Shown here: positions 13,603 to 27,468 of the stretch, in pieces | How the letters are laid out: the number at the start of each line of letters is the position of its first letter | Position numbering within the stretch: the first letter of the stretch is position 1 | NCBI GenBank assembly: GCA_951406725.2 | Contig: OX597837.1 | Location: 37,696,001-37,760,000, forward strand | Length of the DNA: 64,000 bases | Reading direction: 5' to 3' | Source of the DNA: Octopus vulgaris | Lineage: Eukaryota | Notes under the pieces: generated by a model | The model's input: only the letters and a program-made list of their open reading frames with translations | Databases searched by the model: none | What the model was told of the DNA's origin: nothing | Program-made: the position numbers and the translations under genes

Positions 13603-13774
13603 TACTAAATGAATAAATATTCAAAAATATTTATATAGATATTATTATTAATTATTATCATTAGTAAAATTAATAATAACCACAATAATTTAAGTGGCCA
13701 GGGAGCATAAGCTGATAATTGGCAAACCCCGAATTTTATAATTAATTTATAATTATAATAAGATACACGTTTAT

Positions 13775-13811
<37 letters not shown>

Positions 13812-14091
13812 GACGATTACTTTTCTTTCGTCAATAAAAACCAAAAACAATAATAATAATAATAATAATAACAGTAATACTTTCCACTAGAGGCACAAGG
13901 CCTGCAATTTTGGAGAAAGAGACTAGACGATTTCATTAACCCTAGTTTATGACTGGTACTTATTTCATCGACCCTGAAAGGATGGAAAACAAAGCTGACC
14001 GTTGCAGAATTTGAACTCAGAACGCAGACAGAGGAAATGCCACTGAGTATTAGTACCACCTGCTAACTCGATGTCTTATAAAATGTTAATG

Positions 14092-14126
<35 letters not shown>

Positions 14127-14286
14127 CCTTTGTGAGGAGGGTTCAATGCCTTTGAATTTCCTGGTTGATTTTATTGTGTCGTTATCGAGTAAGTAAGCAA
14201 AAAAGGAAAATAAATATTAATTAGTCTGAATATTCGTTATGCAAGTTTCTTTAAAACTCCGAAATTAAGAAAAAACCAAATGTAAA

Positions 14287-14317
<31 letters not shown>

Positions 14318-14527
14318 CGTTTTTTTAAATCCCAGGCTAGAAAAAAAAACAAAAAAAAAATCCAAAAAAAAACCAAACCCAACGTGTCATTGGGGGTTCC
14401 CCTTCCATTTTAATGAAGGGTGCCGCCTGCTTATGGAGCAATAATTCCAATAACAAAAAAAATTAAAGGGGTAGGATTCCCATGTCATTGAGGAGCGGAT
14501 GCGGAGTAGGAACGGCCCTGCTGGCGT

Positions 14528-14617
14528 TTACGTGATGACGGTGGGAGCAGAGCGTCCTGTCAGCTGGGGAAGCTGAGAAATCTTCAGAGCAATATCAATC
14601 AACGGCTTCAGAACAAC
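14528..14617 (-). CDS. PGM1: Phosphoglucomutase exon 10 (VVLKPLIDIAL...TGRSAPTVIT*)
   Basis: Acceptor CTTTTCTTTCCAG directly after a (TTA)n tract; TAA stop at 14528-14530. Confidence 0.94.
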   Translation of the reverse strand, partial: VVLKPLIDIALKISQLPQLTGRSAPTVIT

Positions 14618-14629
14618 CTGGAAAGAAAA

Positions 14630-14683
<54 letters not shown>

Positions 14684-15690
14684 TAATAACAATAATGATA
14701 ATAATAACAACAACAACAACAACAATAATAAGTACCCTGAGGCAGTGCCAGGCAGTGGCTCCCATGGCTTCTGATCTTAACTGATTGGAAGTGTTATCAT
14801 GTGCATTGTACACATACATATATATACAACAGGCTTCATATATATATATATGACGGGCTTCTTTCAGTTTCTGTCTACCAAATCCACTCACAAGGCTTTG
14901 GTCGGCCCGAGGCTATAGTAGAAGACACTTGCCCAAGGTGCCACACAGTGGGACTGAACCTGGAATCATGTGGTTGGTAAGCAAGCTACTTACCTATTTC
15001 TTTACTACCCACAAGGGGCTAAACACAGAGGAGACAAACAAGGACAGACAGATGGATTAAGTCGTTTATATCAACCCAAGTGCATAACTGGTACTTAATT
15101 TATCGACCTCGAAAGGATGAAAGGCAAAGTCGACCTCGGCGGAATTTGAACTCAGAACGTAACAGCAGACGAAATACCGCTAAGTATTTCACCCAGCGTG
15201 CTAACATTTCTGCCAGCTCGACGCCTAAGCAAGCTACTTGCCACACAGCCACTCCTATGCCTATAATCAATTTTCAAAATTAATTGAAAAAAAGGCAGTT
15301 TATTTCAACAGAACTATGGTAATGAAAGGGTTATCTGTTAAAGGGGTCAATGGCTCTAGCAATAATTGCTTCTCATTTAGGTAGGTGGCCAGTAATTTCT
15401 GAGGTGAAGGGGTGGGGGTGTTAGTCAGTGTCATTGATCTCAGTACTTGACATTTTATTTTATTGACTGTTCAGGAATCTGGGTTCAGTCCCACTGCATG
15501 ACACCCTGGGCATGTGTCTTCTACCATAGCCTCGGGCCACCCAAAGCATTGTGAGTGGATGTGGTAGACGGAAACTGAAAGATGCCCGTCATATATATAT
15601 ATGTATGATTATTAATAGTAGGGAATATAAAATTCTAAGGCAACAGGAGAAAACCAACTCAATTTAGTAATACTAAATCAAATTTCATGA

Positions 15691-15735
<45 letters not shown>

Positions 15736-15862
15736 TAAGCGACAGAACCTCCATCTAAGTAATTCAATTAACAGTGAAAGAAATTATCTATAATAAAATA
15801 TAAATTTAAATATATTATCAATAGTGTACTAAAAATTACTATACTAAATAATACACATTAAA

Positions 15863-15973
15863 TAGACGATGCGCGTTTTGTGATGATATATTCAAATTGA
15901 CAATATCAAAATTGATGATTTCAAAAATTAATATTAATTCGATCCTACGATACATAGCCACTCTTCAGGTCTA
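15863..15973 (-). ncRNA. Degenerate hammerhead motif with long stem II insert
   Basis: UAGAC-CUGAAGA-GUG...CAC-AAAA-CGCGCAUC^GUCUA. Stem I UAGAC/GUCUA is perfect; G12>A and ACGCGCGU>ACGCGCAU look like CpG decay. Confidence 0.55.
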
Positions 15974-17150
15974 AATAACATAAAATAAATTTACAACATA
16001 GATGAAAACATTATAATAAACTATACATTTTAGAAATAATCAATAAAATTTAACAGTAAAAAGAAAAGTCTCAATTGATGAGTACCAGTTAACTCCACAA
16101 ATTAAACATGGCTACTGAATAAATTATGTCCTCTATTTATATGATTTCCAATGTAGGGGAAATAATTCTTATTAATGAATACCAGTACTAAAGAAAATTA
16201 TATCCTCTATTTAAATGATTTCCAGTGTAGGGGAGATAATTTTAGAAAGACTAAAAAATGGGAAATATAGGACAAAAATATATGAAGGAAAAAATTAATT
16301 TACGTGGTTAATTTATTTAAATAAATGAGTAATCAGATAAAATTTAACAATATTTATGAAAAGTGAAAACATTATTTATCTTATTAATATCGGTTAAATA
16401 GAATTTTAGACAAACTGAAAATTAAACTTATAATTTAAAATTTATAATTGAATTTATAATTAAATCTATTTAATGTGTATTATTTAGTATAGTAATTTTT
16501 AGTATAATATTAATAATATATTTAAATTTATATTTTATTATAGATAATATCTTTCACTATAAATTGAATTACTTTGATGGAGGTTCTATCTCTTAATTCT
16601 ATGTGTGTCTGTGTGTGTGTATGTGTATATATGTGTGTGTGTATGTGTGTGTGTGTGTGTGTGTGTATGTGTTTGTGTTTGTCCCCACCACCATCGCTTG
16701 ACAATCGATGCTGGTGTGTTTACGTCCCCGTAACTTAGAGGTTTGGCAAAAGAGACTGATAGAATAAGTACTAGGCTTACAAAGAATAAGTCCTGGGGTT
16801 GATTTGTTTGACTAAAGGCGGTGCTCCAGCGTGACCGCAGTCAAATGACTGAAACAAGTAAAAGGAAACTGACCCTAACGACCTTAATTTGGTCTGTGAT
16901 ACTCATCAGCATCTTTGATTGCCATACTGATGCTGACCATTGGAAGAGGACCACCAAAATTGAAAGACAGGAAACAGTTTGATGCTTTACGTCAAAGATG
17001 CCTCTGAAAAATTCTGGGCATCAGATGAGGAGACAAAGCCACAAACGAGGGTGTGCTTCCAAGAGCCAATGCGCCACACAACGGCTGAGTCTTGTCATCA
17101 AGGGCGGAAGGATACAGGTGAAACCAGGTGGTTCGAAAACAAACTTCTTA

Positions 17151-17411
<261 letters not shown>

Positions 17412-17539
17412 CTAGAAACAAGCACAGAACGCTTTAAGTTCATCCTCATCATCATCATAATGCTTTCTTATTTCTTTACTGCCCACAAGGAGCTAAACAT
17501 AGACGGAACAAACAAGGACAGACAAAGGTAATAAGTCGA

Positions 17540-18008
17540 CATGCATAATGACATGCATAAGATCTGGACATCAAATCTAAGTAGAGACTTCAAACTTGAA
17601 CTCTTCAAAGCCACAGTCGAACCAATGGACGTTATCAAAGAAGCTTGAGAGGCGGTTGGATGGAACCTACACTCGCCTCCTTATGAGAGCTCAAAATCTC
17701 TCGTGGAAGCGTCATCCAACCAAAATGCAAATATATGGGAAACTACCACCTGTGTCATCTCTTGTGAAAGGTAGGAGAGTCCAGTTTGCTGGACATTGTT
17801 GTAGAGCTGAAAACGAGGCAATTTCTACTCTTCTCCTCTGGAAGCCATCTGCTCGCGATACCAGAGGGCGCACACTCTCCTACCCTGATGTAATCTCAAG
17901 GGATACAGGCATCCAGCAACAGGACCTCCGTAATGCCATGATGGACCGTGAAGTCTGGCGTAGCATGGTAAATTCCATTGTCTCGATCATGGACGAACAG
18001 TGATGATG
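17540..18008 (+). mobile_element. RTE-clade LINE 3' fragment
   Basis: ORF 17596-18003 has WTLSKKLERRLDG...W...QFAGHCCR...GR...DREVWR, the post-RT C-terminus; (TGA)n tail. Confidence 0.8.
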
Positions 18009-18767
18009 TTGATTAAGTCGATTACATCAACCCACGTGCATAACTGGTAGTTAATTTATCGACCCTGAAAGGATGAAAAGCAAAGTCAACCTTGGCAGAA
18101 TTTGAACTCAGAACGTAAAGACCGCTAAGCATTTCACCCGGTGTGCTAACGATTCTGCCAGCTTGCTGCCTTTCATCATCATAATGCTTTCTGCCACCAC
18201 CCTACTACTAAAACTACCACCACCGCCATCACCACCACTGCTACTACTAATACTCATAACACCACCACCACCATCACCACTACTACCATCACGCGCAACC
18301 AATGCCACAATCATTAGCAAACCACTTATGACACTACAACTACCAGCAACACTACCTCAGTGACTAATGCCACCACCACCACCACCACCACCGCCGCCGC
18401 CGCCACCTCCACCACTGCCGCCACCACCAAAACCATCACCACCACCACCACCACCACTGCAACCAGTACTAATATCACAAATACCATTTAATACAACCAC
18501 CACCACTACTACCAACAACAGTGCCACCACAACTACTTTTAATACCACCACCACCACCACCACCACCACCACCACCACCATCACCACCACCACCACCACC
18601 ACCACCACCACCATCACCACCACCACCACCACCATCACCAATACTACCAATGTCATCACCCCCACTCCAACCCAATGCTCCCAGATATCAATCATTATGG
18701 CCATCCGCTGCTGCCGCCACCAAGCCCAAGCCCAAGCCCACCCCCAAGGGGTGAGTGGGTAACTGAC

Positions 18768-18951
18768 CTGTTTCACGCTGACACTCTTGTCGATGGGGTC
18801 TGTGTAGGAGAAGTTGTCGGCTTTCTTCAGCTTGTAGGTTTTGCCGTGCTCCGTGAAGTCTTTGTCAATGTTGCATGCATCGCTGATGAAGGCAAACAGG
18901 ACCTCCATCATCTTCTCGGCCGGACCAGACTCGCACTTCTCGTAGTCGTAC
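18768..18951 (-). CDS. PGM1: Phosphoglucomutase exon 8 (YDYEKC...FSYTDPIDKSVSVKQ)
   Basis: Acceptor TGTGTTTAG, donor GTCAGT; RYDYE and YTDP.D.S motifs. Confidence 0.93.
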
Positions 18952-20029
18952 CTAAACACAAGGGAGACATTATCAATTGCACAACGTCGCTCTTTTACGT
19001 ATTCACATGCAGATGCACATATACATCAAGGCACATACACACACACATGCAGACACATACCACCACCATTATCTTCATCATCATCATTGTTGTTGTTGTT
19101 ATTTCCATACTCTTTTACTCTTCTACTTGTTTCAGTCATTTGACTGCGGCCGTGCTGGAGCACCGCCTCTAATCGAGCAACTCGACCCCGGGACTTATTC
19201 TTTTGTAAGCCCAGTACTTATTCTATCGGTCTCTTTTGCCAAACCACTAAGTAACGGGGACGTAAACACACCAGCATCGGTTGTCAAGCAATGCTAGGGG
19301 GACAAACACAGACACACAAACACACACATGCATACATATATACGACGGGCTTCTTTCAGTTTCCGTCTACCAAATCCACTCACAAGGCTTTGGTCGGCCC
19401 GAGGCTATAGTAGAAGACACTTGCCCAAGGTGCCACGCAGTGGGACTGAACCCGGAACCATGTGGTTGGTAAACAAGCTACTTACCACACAGCCACTCCT
19501 GCGCCTATGTTTACTTTTTCATGCTGGCATACTGAACAATGAACAATGGAGACATCTGGTGAACAAACACCCACAACAAATGACTGAGCAAACATAATGA
19601 ACAATACATAGGTGCAGGAGTGGCTGTGTGGTAAGTAGCTTGCTTACCAGCCACATGGTTCTGGGTTCAGTCCCACTGTGTGGCACCTTGGGCAAGTGTC
19701 TTCTACTATAGCCCCGGGCCGACCAAAGCCTTGAGTGGATTCGGTAGACGGAAACTGAAAGAAGCCTGTCGTATATATGCATATATGTGTGTGTCTGTGT
19801 GTCTGTGTTTGTCTCCTCAACATCACTTGATAACCGATGCTGGTGTGTTTACGTCCCTGTAACTTATTAGTTCGGCAAAAGAGACTGACAGAATAAGTGC
19901 TAGGCTTACAAAGAATAAATCCTGGGGTCGATTTGCTCGACTAAAGGCGGTGCTCCAGCATGGCCACAGTCACATGACTTGAACAAGTAAAAGAGTAAAA
20001 GAATACATGTATCTGGTGTACAATATATA

Positions 20030-20720
20030 AACATCTAAATGTATGATATATACATCTGGTGAACAATATATATGTTTGGTGAACAATACCCATGCTAGCA
20101 TGGAAAACGGACGTTAAACAATGATGATGATGTATAATATACAGATCTGCTGTATATTATAAACATCTGGTGAATAATATAAACATTTGGTGTATAATAT
20201 ATAAATATATGGTGAACAATATACACATCTGCTGAAAACTATATATATCTGGTGAACACTATATACATCTGGTAAACACTATATACATCTGGTGAACACT
20301 ATATACATCCGGCGAACACTATATTCATCTGGTGAACACTATATACATCTAGTGAACACTATATGCATCTAGTGAACACTATATACATCCAGTGAACACT
20401 ATATAATCTGGTGAACACTATATACATCTGGTGAACACTATATACATCTGGTGAACACTATATACATCTGGTGAACAATATAAATTTCTGATAAAAGCAT
20501 TCATAGAGAACATTGGACACATCTAGTGAACACTGTGCATGTTTATTGAACAAACACTCAGTGAACAATGAACATACATTGTGAAACAATACACTCATCT
20601 GATGAACAATCATACCATGAACAACAGACACAGCTGGTGAACAGCTTAAAGTTGCTTGGTGAAGAATCAGGACACTTAGTGAACAGATAGTGAACAATAA
20701 CGCATACACGGTGAACAAAG
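20030..20720. repeat. 20-bp minisatellite ATATACATCTGGTGAACACT in PGM intron 7
   Basis: Clean units at ~20240-20480, degenerate flanks, and a remnant near 19550. Confidence 0.9.
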
Positions 20721-20738
20721 GTAGACGGATAAACATAC

Positions 20739-20858
20739 CTGGTGAAGAAGTTACGGCCATACTGCTGCCAGTGGCTTTGTAAGATCTCCTCGACGCTCTG
20801 TTTGCGGTGGGCAAGGATACTGAGCCAAGCCATTGCGGCCCAGATTCCATCTTTCTCC
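20739..20858 (-). CDS. PGM1: Phosphoglucomutase exon 7 (EKDGIWA...YGRNFFTR)
   Basis: Acceptor TTTCATCTTAG, donor GTATGT; REKDG motif. Confidence 0.94.
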
Positions 20859-21549
20859 CTAAGATGAAACAAATAACAATCTACTATAATAACACTCGGG
20901 TGTTTTTCTCCGTCACAACATATGAATGAGAAAGGAAGGGGGTGATAGATGAATAAGGAAGGAAGGAAGGAAGGAGGGAAGGGGTGATGGCAAACTGGTG
21001 GTGGGAGCGTTTCAACTCTGTGTGAGTATGTGTGTGTATGTAAAAGGGAGGTCTATGAAGGAATGTGTGTGTGTAAGTGTGTGTGCGTGCAATGGAAGTG
21101 GGATGGTGAACATTCAATGCTGAAAAGAAAAATCAAACAGCGTTTCAACTCTGTGTCAGTATATGTGTGTATGTGTGTGTGTGTACAAGGAAGTATGTGA
21201 ATGTTTGTATGTGTGATTATTGCGTAACTTATATAAATATAAAATACTATGATTAGCCATCATTTTTGATGGCACAGAGCCAGCTAGTAATAATGATAAT
21301 AATAATAATAATCCTTTCTATAGTAGTGACAGGGCCAGCAATTTCTGGGTAGGGAATAAGTTGATAACATAGGCCCTAGGATGCAATTGGTACTTATTTT
21401 ATTGACCATGGACGGATGAAAGGTGAAGTTGACCCTGGTGGAATTTGAACTTCAGAACACAAAGATAGCTGAAATTTGCTAAGCATTTTGCCTAGCATGC
21501 TAATGATTCTACCAGCTCACCATAATAATAATAATAATAACAACAACAA

Positions 21550-21912
21550 CAAGAGCACTCAGAGAGTGCAAACCTCTGCCAAGGGAACACCAAGGTCCTC
21601 TCAATGATTAACTAGAGATAATTTTTAGAATGAGAATTTCTGAAATAAACTCGACTTCTCTCACAAACGAGAATACTAAAAATGAACCCGACCGCTCTCA
21701 AAAATTAAGTAAAAAAATAGGAAAAATAATCCAGAATCCTTGTCTGGTACTGGATCGATCCCCAAATCTAATCAGTTTGTGTCAGTCACGAGGCCAAACA
21801 TCCTTGAAAGTTTCATCCGAATTCTTCAAGCGGTTCTTGAGATATCTTGTACATGGACAATCTAACAAACACGATTGACAACAATACCTCTGCTTTTGCT
21901 CAGGCAGAAGTA
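21550..21912 (+). mobile_element. Possible Helentron/HINE-like non-autonomous element
   Basis: Inserted in an (AAC)n tract; subterminal ACCTCTGCC and 3' stem-loop TACCTCTGC...GCAGAAGTA. Confidence 0.4.
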
Positions 21913-22881
21913 CCAATCCTTTCTTCTATAGACACACGGTTTGAAATTTGGGGGAGGGGGATAGTCGATCACATTGGCCCAGTACATGACTGGTACTTAT
22001 TTTATAGACCCCAAAAGGCAAAGTCGATCTTGGCAGAATTTGAACTCAGAATGTAAAGACAGATGAAATACTGCTAAGCATTTTGCGCGGCATGCTAACA
22101 ATTCTGCCAGCTCACTGCCTTAATAATATTAGTAATGGTCTCAAATTTTACCACAAGGGCATCAAATTTGGGGGAGGGGATGAGTCGATTACATTGACCC
22201 TAGTGTTCAACCGGTACTTATTCTATTGACCCCAAAAGAATGAAAGGTAAACTTGACCTCGGTGAAATTTGAACTCAGAACAGAGCGATGGGCAAAATAC
22301 TGCTAAGCATTCCGTCTTGCATGCTAATGATTCTTATTTCTTTATTACCCACAAGGGGTTAAACATACAGGGGACAAACATCAACCCCAGTGTGTAACTG
22401 GTACTTAATTTCTTGACTCTGAAAGGATGAAAGGCAAAGTCGACCTCGCTGGAATTTGAACTCAGAGCATAAAGACAGACGAAATACTGCTAAGCATTTT
22501 GCCCAGCATGCTAACGTTTCTTATTTCTTTATTGCCCACAAGGGGCTAAACATAGAGGAGACAAACAAGGACAGACAAAAGGATTAAGTCGCTTACATCG
22601 ACCCCAGTGTGTAACTGGTACTTAATCTATCAACCCCGAAAGGATGAAAGGCAAAGTCAACCTCAGTGGAATTTGAACTCAGAACGTAATGGCAGACAAA
22701 ATACAGCTAAAAAAATATAAGGACACAGATCATGTCATATAGCCAGCTGGAGACAATGTCTCCTGGGGCTAAATAACAGCAACGTTCGTCCTAAACCAGG
22801 ACTGCCATGTTATGTTGGCAAACAATCTTTACTTAAAAAAAAAAGCATTAACAGAAAAAAATGAGCTCTGCTCGTTTATAC

Positions 22882-23013
22882 CTGACGTGATCAGAACCAG
22901 TTCCAAAACTCTCTTCTCCACAAAGAGACAAACGGCCGGCATCCATGAGGTTACCAAAGAATTTCCAACCAGTTGGAACCTCAAAGAATTCTTTCTTTTT
23001 AGCGTGAGCAACT
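22882..23013 (-). CDS. PGM1: Phosphoglucomutase exon 6 (VAHAKK...[14 protein letters not shown]...[13 protein letters not shown])
   Basis: Acceptor TTTTTCCACAG, donor GTATAA; GEESFG motif. Confidence 0.93.
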
Positions 23014-24809
23014 CTGTGGAAAAACGGAGATGTTTTAAGTAATTCCTCGCATTACAGAATTGTGCTAATTACTTAATTGCATTAATTAACAATATTTGGC
23101 ACAAATTAACAATTAAAATCAATTGAGATGCAGCTACAAGCCTACCCATCATCATCATCATCATCATTTAGCATCCGCTTTCCATGCTAGCATGGGTTGG
23201 ACGGTTCAACTGGGGTCTGGGAAGCCAGAAGGCTGCACCAGGCCCAGTCTGATCTGGCAGTGTTTCTACGGCTGAATGCCCTTCCTAACGCCAACCACTC
23301 CATGAGTGTAGTGGGTGCTTTTTATGTGCCAGACGGAGCTGGCAAACGGCCATGGTCGGATGGTGCTTCTTATGTGCCACCGGCACAGTGGCCAGGCGAG
23401 GCTGGAAACGACCACGATCAGATGGTGCTTTTTACGTGCCATTCCAGATGTGACCTTCCAGCCTTTTAGTTAGTGTCCCCTCCATACTGATATTTACAAG
23501 CAAACTCACCTCCACCCTTTTCCACTTCTCACTACATCTGCCTCTAGCCCTGTCTCTACCCGTCTGTCACCCTCCACCCATAATCTTATGAAATTACCCA
23601 CCGTCTCCTCCCCTCCTGATCCACATTCTGTGTTTCCTCTTACACTTACTTTCTTGTACTTTGAGGGTTCGCTCTGGTACCCTGTCACCACCACCTTTAT
23701 TTTCCTCCCAGCTACTCTCATCCACCCTTGCATAATACAGGGTAGCCACGTATTTCTTCTATAACAAGACACCAGGGCTTGTCTCCTCTCAACACTCTCA
23801 CCCTCCAGCCCCTCATAAAATCTTGCAAACCCACCCACTGATACTCACTTTGTGCTTTGAAGGGGTCACTTGGACACTTTGTCTCTACTACAGATCCCTT
23901 TACAGCTCCAATCGATCATTCTCTCCCCCCTCCCCTACTGAATGTGAGTGGCCATGCAGCTCCCCTTACACTATGTGAGTGACCGACCTGCTTTGCTACC
24001 CCTTCCACTACTTCTCTCATAATTTAACCCTTACATGGTGACCTCAATAGAGCCAGTGTCACAACTCCGTCTCCAAAAAAGCCACAACATTCTGTAAAGT
24101 GGTTGGCATTAGGGAAGGGCGTTCGGTCATAGAAACCATGCTGGAGCAGATAATGGAGCACAATGCGGTCCTTCGACCCACTGGGTCCTGTTAAACTGCC
24201 CAACCCTTGCCAGTATGGAGCAAAAAAGTGATAACGACGATGGTGATGATGATGATGATGATAATGACTATGATGTATTATGATGATGAAGATGATGACG
24301 ATGTTGATGATGGCGATAATGATGAGGATGCTATTGATGGTGGTGGTGATGGTGATGACGATGACTACGATGTATTATGATGATGATGATGGTGGTGATG
24401 ATGATGCTGACAGCAACTACAACGATGATTACGATGATGACAATTATGATGACGACGATAATGATGATGATGAGGATGCTACTGATGGTGATGATGATGA
24501 TGATGATGATGATGTTGATGATAGTGGTGATGATAGTGATAATGATGGTGGTGGTGGTAATGATGATGATGGAGGTGGTGGTGATGATGCTGATGATGAT
24601 GGTGATGGTTGTGATGACGATGATGATGACGGTGGTGGTTTGGGCAGATACACACCATGTGTTTGCTGTCAAAACATTTGTCAACCAGCAAAATGTGGTG
24701 GGAAGTTAATTTTTTCCAACATGTCATGCAAAATAAGGAGCGATTCTATGAAGCGAATCCAGTGAGGTGTGCCCTTAGCCCCTCCCCCCTTTGCCCCTCC
24801 TCCCTCTCA

Positions 24810-25136
<327 letters not shown>

Positions 25137-26012
25137 GTGGTGCCACAGCATGGCCACAGCTCGTGAGCTGAAACTAGATGAAAAATAATAATAATAATAA
25201 TAATAATAATCCTTTCTACTACTGGCACAAGGCCTGAAATTTCATGCGGGGGAGATAGTTGATTGCATTGACCCCAGTACTCAACTGGTACTTATTCTAT
25301 TGACCTCATAAGAATGAAAGGCAAAGTCGACCTTGGTGGAATTTGAACTCATAACACAGTAGCAGACGAAATACCGTTAAGCATTTCGCTCAGTGTGCTA
25401 ACGATTCTGCCAACTTGCCACCTTTAATAATAATAATAATTTCAAATTTTTGCCACAGAGGCAACTTGGGGGAGGTGGGGATGAGTTGATTGCATTGACC
25501 CCAGTGTTCAACTGGTACTTATCTTATCGACCCCGAAAAGATGAAAGGCAAAGTAACAACATGGCAACAATTTGAACTCAGTATAGTAGCGAACCGAACG
25601 AACATACCACTAAGCATAGTCATAGCGTGACAACGATTCTGCCAGTTCGCCACCTTAATAATGATAATGATGACGATAATAATAATAATCATCATCATCA
25701 TCATCATTTAGCATCCGTTTTCCATGCTAGCGTGGGTTGGACGGTTCTACTGGGGTCTGTGAAGCCAGAAGGCTTCATCAGGCCCAGTCAAATCTGGCAG
25801 TGTTTCTACGGCTGGATGCCAATAATAATAATAATAATAATAACAACAATAATAATAATAGTATAGTAACAACAACAACAATAATAATAGTATAGTAACA
25901 ACAACAACAACAACAATAATAGTATAGTGACAACAACAACAACAATAATAATAATAAAAAAGCCTGAAGAAAATTCTAGCTGGGCCCCACCTGCAAGGTC
26001 ATGCGCTGTTTA

Positions 26013-26396
26013 TCTCTCTATATATAAACGGCAGTTTGTCTGTGCGTGTTTCTGTGTGTCTGTTTTCTTGTACCTTCACCCTGACCACGGCTTTCAACCG
26101 ATTCTGATGAAACTTGACACACACATAGCCCAATGTCATAATTCAAAACTAACGCAGCGAAAATTTTGAAAAGTTCCCCCAGTTCTGAAAAAAATCGATA
26201 AATTCGACATGGGGTCGAGAATCAGAAACACAAATTGCAAACTGTCTAGGGGACGCAACTCCACCTTTTTTAACTAAAAAAAAAAATTTACCATAATTTT
26301 TTTCCATCTTTTTGCTGTTTTTTGGCTATAACTCTCTAAAAATGCTTTATAGTTATTTCCCTTACAAACCTGAGCAACGCCGGGCGATACTGCTAG
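26013..26396 (+). mobile_element. Non-autonomous Helitron nested in a SINE-like repeat
   Basis: TC...CCTGAGCAACGCCGGG...CTAG inserted at TTTA|TCTTGATA; the empty-site sequence is visible at ~4961. Confidence 0.82.
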
Positions 26397-26634
26397 TCTT
26401 GATATAAGGTCACCATGTCGTGCACGTATTGTTGTGACACATGTTCCTGGTGTACCCTTATCAGACAGGTATTCATGATGGGTATATTAAGGCTTTGTAT
26501 ATTTGTACCCCAATGTCACTTTGATGGCATGCATTGCTCTCTCACTCAATAATAATTTTGGCATTAACATGTGGTGCCAAAATGTGTGGCATTTTTATAA
26601 ATGAAAAAAAACAAATAAACGGCAAAAGACTTAC

Positions 26635-26825
26635 ACCGTCCCCATCAAACGCTGCACCAAATCCATGTTTTCCTTTCTTGAGTTCCTTGACGAGGTTAGC
26701 AGCGTAGGTTAAATTGGGATCAGGATGAAGGCCTCCAAAATCAGGCAAGATATTGCTATTCACACAGCTCTTTGGATCAACTCCGAGTTCATCACAGAAT
26801 ATTTTCTTTACATACGGTCCGGTGA
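26635..26825 (-). CDS. PGM1: Phosphoglucomutase exon 4 (VTGPYV...HPDPNLTYA...AFDGDG)
   Basis: Acceptor TTGTTGCAG, donor GTAAG; [11 protein letters not shown] and FDGDG motifs. Confidence 0.95.
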
Positions 26826-27102
26826 CTGCAACAAAAGCAAGAAATAAAGGTTTGCGTTTGATCTAAACCCACCCCGAATCTTTCCCTATAAAACAACCAG
26901 AATAAAAACTTGAAGCAGATTTTTCTTATTTTTTAAAGTAGGTGGCAGAATATTTGATGGGGATGGGGGAGAAATAAAGGTGGGAGTATATTAGAGACAT
27001 AATACTAGTCAACCAAATTCTGGCTAAAAAAAAAAAAAAAAGGAATAAAAAGCAAAAATAATGAACATGAACAAAAACTGATAACCAAAATGTGATTCTT
27101 AC

Positions 27103-27375
27103 CTCCGTGCATGGAGTCCAGAAGAATCTCCAACTTTGGACATCCGTCACCTTTTAAGAGTTTCTTGATGGAGTCGAAGTCAAATAATTCCTTCATATAA
27201 GAGACGTAATCAGCCACGGAATCAATGATTTCGACGACCATCTCGTGGCCACCAATTTTGAATTTACTGGAACCCATCTTTGAGAGATCCAATGCCAATT
27301 TCGGGCAGGTTTTATAGGTCTTGATATTCTTGGACATTTCAAATATTGCGTTTGTGACGCCTTCAGGAGCAGGAC
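27103..27375 (-). CDS. PGM1: Phosphoglucomutase exon 3 (GPAPEGVT...DSMHG)
   Basis: Acceptor ATACTAG, donor GTAAG; frame consistent with the neighbouring exons. Confidence 0.93.
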
Positions 27376-27435
27376 CTAGTATGGAAGTACAACAGAAAAA
27401 AAATGTGAGAATCTATGTATGTACATATGCATGCA

Positions 27436-27468
<33 letters not shown>

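Noticed and set aside
18357-18767. Extension of PGM exon 8 into a Val/Gly-rich 200-aa ORF
   Set aside because: Read-through past the GTCAGT donor into a (GGT)n microsatellite.
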